From Scyliorhinus canicula (Eukaryota), in NCBI RefSeq assembly GCF_902713615.1, contig NC_052146.1, forward strand, positions 85,143,982 through 85,207,981: a stretch of 64,000 nucleotides of DNA. The letters are read 5' to 3'. The translations under genes and the position numbers were made by a program. Below the pieces are notes generated by a model that was not told where the DNA came from, ran no database searches, and was given only the letters and a program-made list of their open reading frames with translations. This document shows, piece after piece, positions 11,605 to 23,394 of the stretch (position 1 is the first letter of the stretch; each line of letters starts with the position of its first letter).

Positions 11605-11830
11605 ATTTTTAAAAAATTTTAAAGTACCCAATTGATTTTTTCCAATTAAGGGGCAATTTAGCGATGCCAATCCACCTACCTTGCACATCTTTGGGTTGTG
11701 GGGGTGAAACCCACGCAACCACGGGGAGAATGAGCAAACTCCACATGGACAGTGACCCAGAGCCGGGATTGAACCTGAGACCTCGGTGCCGTGAGGCAGC
11801 AGTGCTAACCACTGCACCACTGTTCTGCCC
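11605..11830 (-). mobile_element. SINE type B (short HE1-headed, A-tailed)
   Basis: Matches copies at 27266, 60686, 62079. Confidence 0.88.
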
Positions 11831-12496
11831 TGTTGGCCAATACATTAACCGCATACAATGAACAGTATTTTTGATTTATAAATAAAAATTAGAATATTAT
11901 TAGCCTTGTGATGTTGAAACCCATTTACGTGGTGTATATTTGTGTACTTTAATTTTCTGTCCATTTGTTGGTAAAATAGCCATGCAGTGTGAGTGCTTTG
12001 GTTAATCTTTGCTGGTTAGCTGATAAAATGCTGCGTGATGTGGGTAAAGGGTGGGGTTGTCATTGTGGCTGAAGATGGGGTTGTCAGTATGGCTGAGGGT
12101 AGGGTTGTCAGTGATTTCTGTTGGACTCAGTGCATGAAGACGCTCTCCATATAAAGGTTTGGCACTAAAGGCGTAAAGGATCTTTCTTCAGCTCTGTCGA
12201 TGAGACTGATAATACACCCCAATTCTTTTCAATTACTAACACTAAGGAATGGTGGGAAATGATGTCCCATAATGATTGACGTGGGGATTATTTTTGTTTA
12301 CCATTTGCATCAATGATTTGTGTCAGAAGTACAAATTTACAAACTGAACCAAATTGGGAGGTATTGTCACAAATTATGGAGACTGAGACAAATGACACTT
12401 GTCTCTGTTGAAATTCATTTTGTCATTTGCATTGCCATTCTGAAAGTTTATTAAAGACATTGCTGGACATGCAGAATTCAATATTTAGGCTGAACA

Positions 12497-12685
12497 GGGG
12501 CTGGTTTAGCTCACTCAGCTAAATCGCTGGCTTTTAAAGCAGACCAAGCAGGCCAGCAGCACGGTTCGATTCCCGTACCAGCCTCCCTGGACAGGCGCCG
12601 GAATGTGGCGACTAGGGGCTTTTCACAGTAACTTCATTGAAGCCTACTCGTGACAATAAGCGATTTTCATTTCATTTTCATTTCA
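12497..12685 (+). mobile_element. SINE type C (~190 bp, GGGGCTGGTTTAGC head, (CATTT)n tail)
   Basis: A-box TGGTTTAGC and B-box GGTTCGATTCC; copies at 15849, 20456, 31525. Confidence 0.9.
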
Positions 12686-12689
12686 ATTG

Positions 12690-13612
12690 TCCACCCACCG
12701 CTAAGCCTGGTGCCATGCTCCGATCCACCTGCTAGAAGTGTTAGTGAGGTTTGTGCCCCCGCTGGCGGACCCATGCAAAACTATTAGTTGCATGCATTTA
12801 AATCTCATTAGCAGTTGGAGTCTTCATGCTCCGCACCTCCATGATGTTCCATCCCTCTTAGGCGGAGGTCACGTGGGTGCGAATTGATGCAAGTGTTTAA
12901 AAGCAGGGCCTGGCGTCATGGCTGCTGAGGGAGCGCAAGTGGGTAAAAAAACTCTCAACAATTGTCGGGCTTCACTCAACTTACCAATTCCGGGATCCTT
13001 GAGATGCCCCTCATCCCATCTCTTTAGCAAGACTCCCTCGGGCCCAAATCCTGGCACCCGGGCACCTTGACAATGTCAGCCTGGCACCTGAGCAGTGCCC
13101 CTGCCAGCCTGGCAATACCACCCTGGCATCCTGGCAATGTCAATGTTGCACTGCCAGAGTGCTTGGGTGGCAGTGCCAAGGTGTCAGACTGGCAATGCCA
13201 AGGGGCCCAGTTACCAAGGGGAGTGCCAGGGTGCCATCCTGCCCATTACCCATCCACCCAGGGGCATCAAGTGCCCAGCGGGACCCCTCCAAGGTGGCAT
13301 CGCGACTGTTTCATGACTTTGTGAATCAGTACCAAACAGCGCCCAATTAAGGCCTTGCTGCCAAGGCCGGTGAATCCTGGGCCCTGGGGAATCCAGTGAA
13401 CATATATTTAAATGAGCCCAATTGCTCATTTAAATATGCACACCTGAATCTCACCCAGCAAAAGCGATATGCAGATCACACAGAATCTAATGAGATGTTT
13501 CAAGTGTCGCGAATCCTGCAAGAGGCCTCTCGTGAGATTCAACTATCTCATCCTGACACCAAGTCGAGGCCGCTGAATCGTGCTTTCAGTCATTTTTTGG
13601 GAGAATCGCGCC
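12690..13612. mobile_element. GC-rich MITE-like element with internal GGCAC/GTGCC micro-repeats
   Basis: Ends in GGAGAATCGCGCC; internal blocks related to 26200, 50780, 54345, 56040. Confidence 0.6.
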
Positions 13613-15347
13613 TAAAGAGGTCAATGCTCCTTGGGACACACTCTCAAATCACTAAAAATAACTACAATGGTTAATCAAACCATAAAAAAACAAAGTACTG
13701 GGGTTCTTTTCTCTACAGATTCAACTGAAAAGCATTGATGTTATGTTATAGACCTTTGGAGTGCTATGCACGGTTCTGGTATCTCCTTTTTAGCCATTTA
13801 CATGATGTCAGCATCCCTGGATAGGCCAGCATTTATGGCCCATCCCTGGTTGCCCCTGTGAAGGTGCTCATGAGCTACCTTCCTGAAGTGCTGCAGTTCC
13901 TGCGGTGTAGGTAAACGTACAGTGCCATGTTGTTATCTTTTTATTAAAAGGTTTAAGCGTATTAAAGAAAATTACTAAGTTAAGGCGGGTCGAAAGCTTT
14001 AGTGAGGGAATTCCAGAGCTTAGCCTTAGGACCAAATGCACAGCCCCCAATAATGGAGGTGCTGAAAATTGGAGATTGTTGAGGGAAAGAGAAACAAAAG
14101 AACAAAGAAAGGTTCTCTCCTTTCTCCGAGGAAGGGTGAGACTTATGGATGGTACTTTACAGATATTTAAACCTAAGCAGCTGCATCTTGTATCTGAGAA
14201 GATACTTCAGTTTTCCTTTGTAGCTGTGCAAGGTATTCCTGTACATCAATTATTAGAGCCCTTGTGGAATATCTCAACTAACAAAGGTTGCCAGCGGCAG
14301 TGATGGCTTTCTGAATTTCCAGAGCTAATTATTTGCCTTCATGTGCAAGAGGATGAGTTTGTGGGGATTTGATATTCACCTCAAGGTACGAGGAGAACTA
14401 CCCATTGATCCAAAAATGTTAAATATTTTAATAATTAGGGTAATAGTTGATTAGTTCAACCCAGGAAGGAGTTGAAGGTGAATAGTTTTCTGGGTAATAT
14501 AACTGAGCCAATTTTCCTTTTTGCATGAATCAGTTTTTCATTTGCCGACAGTAAGGAAACACAGCTCAGGCTTACAGATAATGAAATAAAACCCTTGCAG
14601 AGCTTTCAACAGCTCCCAGTCATGTTTGATTTGATAGCTTTACCATGCTCTCTCATTTTGTAACCAGAGACATTTTCCTATGCTAATGTTTTTGATCCCT
14701 GCTGGGACCCTCCATATAGCAGCTCCATCTGTCACATTCTTATCTGTAAAATGTCAAGCATTGTGAAATGCTGAAAGCAATACAGGGCTGGGTGAGGGGA
14801 GGGGCACATCATTGTGCACACCATCACTGAAGCCTGGAAGGTATCATGAGAAGAAATTCGGCCCTAACCACAGCCCAGTAACATTTGACAAAGTTAGTTT
14901 AGCTTCCAAGGCAGATGGGCCTTCCATAATTTAATTAAAAACTGAAACTGTCGTATGGACCAGCTGGGGTTCACTAATGGGAAATGAATGAAAAAGAAAA
15001 ATGGAATGTCAGCTCAGCATTTCACGCAAAGAGGTTAAAGCTCACAAAAGGTTAAACCCTGTCTTGCTGATTAGCCTTTTGGGTTCTGAATATTTTTGCG
15101 CTCAGATTTCGGGAGTAATTCTTTTCAAAGATGTACTGTAAGCTTTCAATGTTGCATTTATGCAGGGGAATTGTAGAAATCCAAGAACAGTGTTTTCATT
15201 TAACTTCTGCTCGGAGACTGCTCCAGTTCTCCATGGTTGGATATAACATTGAACAACATAAACTCTCAATGAACTGCACTCCATGAAGAGCCAGGCCTTC
15301 AGGACTAAAAGGGAGAAATCTGGAGGGAAAGAGGCTGGGTGGAAGAG

Positions 15348-15354
15348 TGTGTGT

Positions 15355-15385
<31 letters not shown>

Positions 15386-15402
15386 GGGGAGGGGGGGGGG
15401 GT
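15348..15402. repeat. (TG)n followed by poly-G
   Basis: Direct reading. Confidence 0.9.
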
Positions 15403-15848
15403 GATTGGTGCGATTGGGCTGGTGGGGGTGAACGGGAAGAAAATCCACATGGTCCCCATGTTGCCAACTCTACTTCGGCACATTCCTGGAGGTTTCATTT
15501 TATGACCTTCCACCTTGAACTACATCGCCCTTGAACCTTGAACACCATAAATAGCCTTGAACCCCCCCCCCCCCCCCTCCAAATGGCCTTAAAGGCACTT
15601 TGCTCCCACATTTCACCACCCTTCAGCCACACTGCCTTCCCAAGCCAATGCCGAAGGAACAGACTCTTGCATTATTCTTAACTGATAGTGAAATAGGTCT
15701 CAGCTCCAATGATTTTATGACGAATAAATTAGATTATTCAAGAAAATGACAAAAGCACAATTTTGTTTAATTATCTTGGGATTTTACTCTTGGTTTTCTT
15801 GCAAACTCTTGGAATTTGATCTTAGGGGGAGTTAGGGGATAGGGGATA

Positions 15849-16030
15849 GGAGCTGGTTTAGCACACTGGGCTAAATAGCTGGCTTTTAAAGCAGACCAAG
15901 GCAGGCCAGCAGCACGGTTCGATTCCCGTACCAGCCTCCCCGAACAGGCGGCGGAATGTGGTGACTAGGGGCTTTTCACAGTAACTTCATTTGAAGCCTA
16001 CTTGTGACAATAAGCAATTTTCATTTCATT
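15849..16030 (+). mobile_element. SINE type C
   Basis: Near-identical to 12497-12685. Confidence 0.9.
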
Positions 16031-16476
16031 GCCAGGATGCCCGCTCGCCGTTTGTGGCTATTCTTCGAACGGCCTGGCGCGATTTGCACGGCGCTGGTTT
16101 CGGGGGGGGAGGGGTGGGAGAATCGCGTGCGGGGGTTGGGGTGGCGTGGTGCGATTCGTGCAGAGCCCCGGCGATTCTCCCACCCGGCGGGAGGGGGGAT
16201 GGGGCGGAGAATGCCGCCCCTAGTTCTTATGTTCGCATCTATAACAATAACTATGGGGGAGATATTCTCTTCCCATTTTCATCGGTGGGATTGGCGATGG
16301 GAGCGGGAAATCGAATGAGATGTCCAAATCGTGTTTCACGCCAACATAAAAGAACGACACAATTGTCTTCGCACTCCCCACCAGCGGTATAGGAGATTCC
16401 GGAACATCTTTTCCATACATCTAAATATCATTACCATGCATTGACATCGGAACATCGGAATCAACCCTCACCGCCG

Positions 16477-16510
<34 letters not shown>

Positions 16511-16962
16511 CCACCGTAAGAAAATCCATTCATGTCAGCGTGAGGGCAAACTGACAGATAGCCACCCCAGAGGAATTTGGATGAGTGCATTACTCAGGGG
16601 CCGGAGAGGGTCATGCCTGTGCACTGCCCAGGCACTGGCCCCGGCAGTGCCATGGGGGGGGGGGGGGGGGGGGGGGGGCGGGAGGTGTTGCGTATGGGGT
16701 GTTGCATGGGAGGACATGCGTGGGTGGTTGGATTCCTGGTAACCATTTGTTCACAGGGGCGCCCTTTAAAAATGGTCCCCAATCTTTAGAAAACGTATTT
16801 TCTGGTGGGCGAGCTTGTTGAGCACCTGCCCCACCAGTATGAAGCTGAAGGACCTGCCCTTGCCTTTTTGTTTCAATTTTCCCAACGAATGGAGCTGGTG
16901 GCTTCAATACCGCTTTTCCTGTCCACTATCAGCCTTTGCCGATGTACGGGAAGATTCTACCC
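16031..16962. mobile_element. Cluster of GC-rich MITE fragments with long C and G homopolymers
   Basis: Termini-like GGAGAATCGCG (16117), GGAGAATGCCGCCC (16206), GGAAGATTCTACCC (16949). Confidence 0.55.
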
Positions 16963-17557
16963 CATATTTCTAAAATACCGTTGATTGTGTAGAGCTTTGA
17001 CCGTGAGGTTATTAAAGATGCTATATAATTGCATCAATTTCATTCGAATATTGCCTGGTGTGGGGAAATATAAATATCCAGAAAAGTCTGAAAATTGCTT
17101 TTATTTGACAGCAAGACTGGAGCAGATTAAGAGCTCAGAGTTATAAATTTGTGCTGGCTACAATTCATCAGTGAACATTAAGGTATAATGTACAGTCAAA
17201 GATACATGACCAATTAACAGATTATCATTTGCAAAGATTGGACTGCTATTGAAATGTGAGGGCTGTAACACATAGCATGAAAAATAAAATGGCCATCACA
17301 ATGTATATTTTTAAGCAAGCTTCCATTAAACTCAATTGGGGAATTTAGATTTCATAAGATTACATAACATACACTTTGCAGAAACAGGCCCCTCCGTCCA
17401 ATCAGTCCGTGTTGATGTTTATGTTGCAATCATGCCTCCTAACATTACGTTGATCTTCCTCCATCACACTCTGTCCCCGATTCTATCAAATCCTTTCATT
17501 GTTCTAAACACCCCATAGCTTTCTTTTTTTCAAAAGAAAATAGACCGAGGGTTAATT

Positions 17558-17850
17558 AATAATCTTTATTGTCACCAGTAGGCTTACATTAACACTGCAA
17601 TAGCGTTACTGTGAAAAGCCCCTAGTCGCCACATTCCAGCTCCTGTGCGGTACACTGAGGGAGAATTTAGAATGTCCAAATTACCTAATAGCATGTCTTT
17701 TGGGACTTGTGGGAGGAAACCGGAGCACCCGGAGGAAACCCATGCAGGCACAGGGAGAACGTGCAGGCTCCACACAGACAGTGAACCAAGTCGGGAATCG
17801 AACCTGGGATCGTGGAGCTGTGAAGCTACAGTGCTAACCACTGTACTACT
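17558..17850 (-). mobile_element. SINE type D
   Basis: HE1 head and V-domain plus type-C tail; matches 3343 copy. Confidence 0.88.
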
Positions 17851-17934
17851 GTTCTACCATCTTCGATCCTTTCCTGATATGTATACTGGCAAATTTCTGG
17901 TATCATGCTTGTGAGTCTCTCTGCACCCTCTCCA

Positions 17935-18350
17935 GTGTCCCCATAACCTTAGGCAATTTGGACATTCTGAATCCACCTAACTGGCACATCTTTGGACTGT
18001 GGGAGGAAATCGGAGCACCCGGAGGAAGCCCACGGCATATGCAGGGAGAAAGTACAAACTCCACACAGACAGTCACCCGATGCGGGAATTGAACCCGGGT
18101 CCCTGGAGCTGTGAGGCAGCAGTGCTAACCACTGTGCCACCGTGCCGCTCCACTCATCTATCCACTCTGCCCTACCCCGTAGCTCCATAACCTAATGCGC
18201 ACATCCCTGGGCACGAAGGGCTGATTTATCATGGTCAGTCCACCTAACATCTTTGGACTGTGGGAGGAAACCGGAGCACCAGGAGGAAACCCAAGCAGAC
18301 ACAGAGAGAATGTGCAAACTCTACACAGATAGTGACCGAAGTCTGGAATT
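17935..18350 (-). mobile_element. Two tandem HE1-like V-SINE fragments
   Basis: Two TGTGGGAGGAAA(C/T)CGGAGCACC V-domain cores at ~17998 and ~18259. Confidence 0.85.
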
Positions 18351-19502
18351 TGTGGCAAATTTATGTTTTGTTTCCAAATCTAAATGGGCGACGTAAATTG
18401 TAACAGCAGTGTCTGACCTTTGTGCAACAAAATAGAACCATAAAAAAGTTATGGCACAGAAAGAGGCCATTCAGCCCAAAATGTCTGTGCTGGCTGGAAA
18501 AATATTGCATCTAATCCTTCAACTGATCACTTTAAATCTGTTCCTGCCCCCCCCCCCCCCCCACCTAGTCATTGACATCTCCATTAGGCAAGACATCTCC
18601 GTTAGGCGAAACAAGTCTTTCCTGTCTACTCTAACTAAGCCCCTCATAATTCTTTAACCTCAAACAAGTCACCCTTCAGCCTCCTCTATTCTATGGAAAA
18701 CAACCTTAACCTGCGTATTGCCTCCCCATAGCTGAAATTTTCAAGCCCTGGCAATATTTTTGTAAATCCCCTCTGTCTCCAGAGCACTTATGTCCTTTCT
18801 GTAATGCAGTGACAGCTTTGGCCCTAACTAGCATTTTATATACTTCTATTATTGGATCCCTGATTTGTGTTCAATACCTTGTCCAATAAAGGAAAGCATT
18901 CCATCTGCTTTCTTTATCCTGTCATCTTCAGGGAATTGCGGGCATACATCTCAAGGTCTCTTATTTCCTCAACCCCTCTCAAGACACCCCCATTTGTTAA
19001 ATATTCCTTCCCTTGTGGACCCTCTCCAGAAACATAACCTCACACTTCTCCAGATTGAATTCCAGTTGCCACTTTTCCCCCTATCCAACCAAACTATTGA
19101 TATAATTCTGGAGTCAATCAACTCTTCACATCAACTACATGGCCGGTTTTGCGTTGTCTGCAAATTTCCTAACATACCACACACATTTAAGTCCAAATGG
19201 TTAATATATACAACAAACAGAGTGGGCTCCAACACTGAGCCCTGTGGAACACCATTGAAAACCAATTTCAATGAGCAAAAACATCCATCGACCTTTGTTT
19301 CCTGTCGCTAAGCCATTTTTGGATCCAACCTGTCACCTTCCGCTGTATTCAATGGGCTTTTACTTTTCCCACCAGTCTGCCATGTGGAACCTTGTCAAAT
19401 GTCTTACTGAAATCCATGCAGAGAATATCCACTGCACTTCCCTCATCAACCCTCCTTGTCACTTCCTCAAAAGTTTTAATTAACCTAGTAAGGTATGACT
19501 TC

Positions 19503-19862
19503 TTTTATTCGTTCATAGAACGTGGGCGTCACAGGCTATGCCAGCATTTATTATCCATCCCTAATTGCCCTTGAGGGGGCAGTGAAGAGTCAACCACATT
19601 GCTGTGGATCTAGCGCAACATGTGGGCCAGACCAGATAAGGATGAGAGATTTCCTTCCCTAAAGGGCATTAGTGAACCAGATGGGTTTTTATAACAATCG
19701 ACAATGGTTTCATAGTCGTCATTAGACTTTTAATTCCAGATTTATTTTATTGAATTCAAATTTCACCAATTGCAGTGGCGGCACTTGAACCTGGGACCCC
19801 GGAACATTGCTCTGGGTCCCTGGTTTGCCAGTGCAGTGACAATGCCAATACACCACCACCAC
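19503..19862 (-). mobile_element. tRNA-derived SINE type F whose tail matches the CR1/L2-like LINE 3' end
   Basis: GGTTCAAG..CC box near the 5' end; tail GGGCAATTAGGGATGG..AATAAATGCTGGC shared with 13830, 23445, 53178. Confidence 0.75.
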
Positions 19863-20024
19863 CTTCCCTTTCCCTCAGCAAAACCATGCTGCCTTTCCCT
19901 GATTAATCTGTGCCTTTCTAAGTGAAGGTGTATCCTAGCTTTCAGCATTCTAATAATGTACCAACTGGGAAAGGCAGTCTGACCAGTCTATCATTATTTG
20001 GCCTATCTCTCGCGCATTTTATAA

Positions 20025-20440
20025 ACCTATGAACATACGAAATAGGAACAGAAGTAGGCCATTCAGCCCCTTGGCTGATCTGTTTGTGTTTCGAGTGCCA
20101 CAATCCCCATCTCCCGCAATAACCTTTGATTCTCTTGCTTGAGAAGATTCTATCCACCTCTACCTTAAAAATATTCAGTGACCCAGCCTCCTCCGCCTTC
20201 TGAGGTAGAGTTTCATAGTCACATAACCCTCTGAAAGAAAAAATTCCCTTCATCTCAGTCCTAAAAGAGCAACTGCTAATTTTAAAAGAGTGACCCCTAG
20301 TTCTCGACTCACGCACAAGAGGAAACACCCTTTCCACGTTGACTCTGTTGAGATCACTTAGGATCGTATATACTTCAATCAAATCACTCCTCACTCTTCT
20401 AAACTCCAATGGAAACAAGCCAAGTCTGTCCAACATTTAC
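20025..20440 (-). mobile_element. CR1 LINE 3' end
   Basis: LDRLGLFPLEFRRVRSDLIEVY..RTRGHSFK; tail TTCCTATTTCGTATGTTC. Confidence 0.9.
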
Positions 20441-20455
20441 AATGTGACACCATTA

Positions 20456-20633
20456 GGGGCTGGTTTAGCACAGTGGGCTAAACAGCTGGCTTGTAATGCA
20501 GAACAAGGCCAGCAGCGCGGGTTCAATTCCCGTACCGGCCTCCCCGAACAGGCACCAGAATGTGGCAACTAGGGGCTTTTTTACAGTAACTTCATTGAAG
20601 CCAACTTGTGACAATAAGGGATTATTATTATTA
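20456..20633 (+). mobile_element. SINE type C variant with (ATT)n tail
   Basis: GGGGCTGGTTTAGC head and shared tail. Confidence 0.9.
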
Positions 20634-20972
20634 CAATCGCAGACCTCCAATCCTCTGGCACCTTGCCTGTATCTAGCGCAGGTTGAAATATGATAATCAG
20701 GGAATCTGCTATTTCCTTCCGGGCTTCCTTTAACAGCCTGGGATACAGTGCATCCGGCCCTTGCGATTTATCCACTTCACAATGACAGCACCTCCAGTGC
20801 TTCCTCTGTCTTTATGTTCATTCTATCTAATATTTCACACTCCTCGACTTCAACTAGAATGTTTGTATCATCCCTCTCCTTAGTAAAGGCAGAGACAAAA
20901 TACTCATTGAGAACCCTGCCAACATGTTCAGCTTCAACGCACAAGTTACCATGTCCATCTCTGATAGTCCCT

Positions 20973-21134
20973 GGGCTGGATTCTCCATCCTGCAAGCCCC
21001 ATTTTCCTGCACGGCGCACCCTCGCTGGCAGCTGGATTCTCCATTCCCGCAGCCGGCCAATAGGGTTTCCCATTGTGGCCCACCTCACGCTGTCGGCCGG
21101 AGGGGTGGAGGATCCCGCCAGCGGAGAATCCCGC
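20973..21134. mobile_element. Small GC-rich MITE (~160 bp)
   Basis: GGGCTGGATTCTCC ... GGAGAATCCCGC; interrupts CR1; related to 21934, 51677, 59359, 59512. Confidence 0.75.
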
Positions 21135-21933
21135 AGCTTATCTTTTCCTTAGTTATCCTCTTGCTCTCAGTGTTCTCATGCAACATCTTTGGGTTTTCCT
21201 TGATTTTACCCTTCAATGTTCTTTCGTATCCTCTATTTGCTTTCTAGATTTCATTTTTTTACTTCAACCCCAGTATTTTTAAACTCCTCCATACATTTTA
21301 AAGGATTAATTTTGTCTCCATAGAATCTTACTTTTGACTGCCTCCCACTGATCTCCTTCCAGTAGCCGTATCCAATCCACTTCCTCCAGTTCATCTCTCA
21401 GCTTTGTAAAATTTGACTTCCCCCAATTTAAAAACTTTTACTCAAGTTCTATTTTGTCCTTTTCTATAAGGATGCTAAATTTAACTGTATTGTGTTCACT
21501 ATCTTCAAAATGGTCACTCACTGCTTCTTCATCCACTTGCCAAGCTTAATTTCCTAGGACTGGAATTTTCCCAAGTACCTCAGGTGGGTTCAATGGCGGG
21601 TGGGAGGAGGGGGAAATAATTCAGCGGGAGGCCCAAAACCTATCTTTACACGGCGTGGATTTACAGTGGGATCCTCTGCTGGCACCAGCCAAGGTGGGTC
21701 GGGAAACGCCATGGATATGTCACAGTGACTCCAGCCGTCGCTTGAGCACTGAAACCTAGAGCTCAAGATTCTACAGCTGCTGACACTTCCTTCACCTCGG
21801 AGCAGACTCGAGGGGCTAAATGGCTGCTCCCATTCTAATTTCCTATGGTCTTATGTCACTTATTACGAACCCATGGCTCCCCACATACTGCAGGACACAC
21901 ATTTCACATGACTGAGCTGCCTTGCCACATCTT

Positions 21934-22121
21934 GGGCGGATTCTATGTCCCGCCGCACCAGTTTTCTGGCGTTGTTGTGCCTTCGCCGGCAATGGGATTC
22001 TCCATCCCACCAGCCAGCCAATGGGGTTTCCCACTGTGGGCAGCCCCACGCAGTCGGGAAATCACCGGGCGTGGATGCTTTGCTGCCACAATGTAGAATC
22101 GGACAGCGGAGAATCCAGCCC
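21934..22121. mobile_element. Small GC-rich MITE (~190 bp)
   Basis: GGGCGGATTCT ... GGAGAATCCAGCCC; core CCAATGGGGTTTCCCACTGTGG related to 21057. Confidence 0.75.
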
Positions 22122-22169
22122 CTGATTTTTACTTCATTTACATTAACTTTATTTTACTTTGATATACGT

Positions 22170-22527
22170 ACGTTAATTTTAGTTGGCCTTAACTCGGGTC
22201 CGCGCATGTGCGTGGCGGGCCACATGGTGGAGCCACACAGCGGGCCCGCACTGAGTAAGGTGGGCCCACCCCCCCCCCCCCCCCCCCTCCAGATTGCGAT
22301 GGCCCACCGATCGGTGGCCACTGATCGCAGGCCTGGCCACCGCTGAGGCCCGCCACCGGAGTCAGATTTCCCCCGTCCCCCACCAGGACCGCAGCCGCAG
22401 ATCCGTGCCAGCCGGAGAGGCGGAGGTCTGGAGCATTGGAAGGGCGCTGATTCCATTTTCCGGCCAACCATCTGCTCTGCCGGATTGGGAAACCCTTTAC
22501 CAGGTCAGGCAATGGAGAATCCACCCC
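22170..22527. mobile_element. GC-rich MITE, one end
   Basis: Ends GGAGAATCCACCCC; internal blocks resemble 57677 and 49962 elements. Confidence 0.6.
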
Positions 22528-22644
22528 AACAGCTTCTTAATACGAATAACGTAAAAAATATTGTTTGGAGAGGGGGCATGGTAGGTTGGGGAAGTACTTG
22601 ATTGAAAAAGGGGACCTGCAAAGGTTCCAAAGGAGGTACCACCA

Positions 22645-22901
22645 CATATCTGCACGTTCTCCCTGTGTCTGCGTGGGTTTCCTCCGGGTGCTCCGGTTTC
22701 CTCCCACAATCCAAAGACGTGCAGGTTAGATGGATTGGCCACGCTAAATTGCCCTTAATGTCGAAAAAGGTGGGGTGGGGTTACTGGGTTATGGGGATAG
22801 GGTGGAGGTGTGGGCTTGGGTAGGGTGCTCTTTCCAAGTGCCGGTGCAAACTCGAACGGCTGAACGAACTCCTTCTGCACTATAAATTCTATGATTCTAT
22901 G
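22645..22901 (+). mobile_element. 5'-truncated HE1-like V-SINE
   Basis: V-domain GGGTTTCCTCCGGGTGCTCCGGTTTCCTCCCAC; CR1-type tail TTCTATGATTCTATGA. Confidence 0.9.
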
Positions 22902-23394
22902 ACCAACTCAATAAACTTTACGACTATTGTTAAACCGCACTAGTACTGATAAATCCAATGAATACTTAACATACATTGTGAGTTGCAGTAAACCTTAAAT
23001 AAAGCACCTCTTTCCTCCAGGCACTGAATTCCCAGAAGAACTTAATTTGCTACTCACAGCCTCCGTCTCACTCAGACGTAATCAATCAGCTCCTTGTGCA
23101 CTTCTTACACTTCCTACCTTCTGTAACTCTGAATAATTACCCTTTATTCCTACTCTCTATTTTCTGTCTTGAAAGCAGCTGGCAATCCATTCTGCAATTT
23201 CATTTCACAAGTAGGTTTTAGGGAGCCAGAATGTGCAGTACTATCCAGGTGCGACTTATCCCTGGCTCTATAACACGCATCAGGCATGGTGAGAGGGAGT
23301 GTGAGAGGAAGATCGATCAGTTTAAAGACTGGCATATTTATTGTAAAAACAGGCTGATCTGGAGGAGGGAGGCTCAATCGCGGTGCAGTGGTTA

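Larger units (their letters stand above)
18434..21560 (-). mobile_element. Old CR1 (HER1-like) LINE remnant hosting nested insertions
   Basis: GVPQGSVLEP-like (19225-19252), QHGF, DKSQGPDALYPRLLKEA..VPEDWR, LNEYFVSAFTKE motifs in colinear order. Confidence 0.8.

Noticed and set aside
12551-12620. HDV-like ribozyme in SINE type C (CCAGCCTCC..GGCGCCGG..GGCGA resembles the HDV sequence)
   Set aside because: I could build only a simple hairpin, not the P1/P2/P1.1 double pseudoknot; the resemblance appears superficial, though an RNA motif search would settle it
16477-16509. Long C/G homopolymers as functional G4 elements
   Set aside because: They recur at slippage-prone positions inside repeats throughout the window and their lengths may be assembly-dependent
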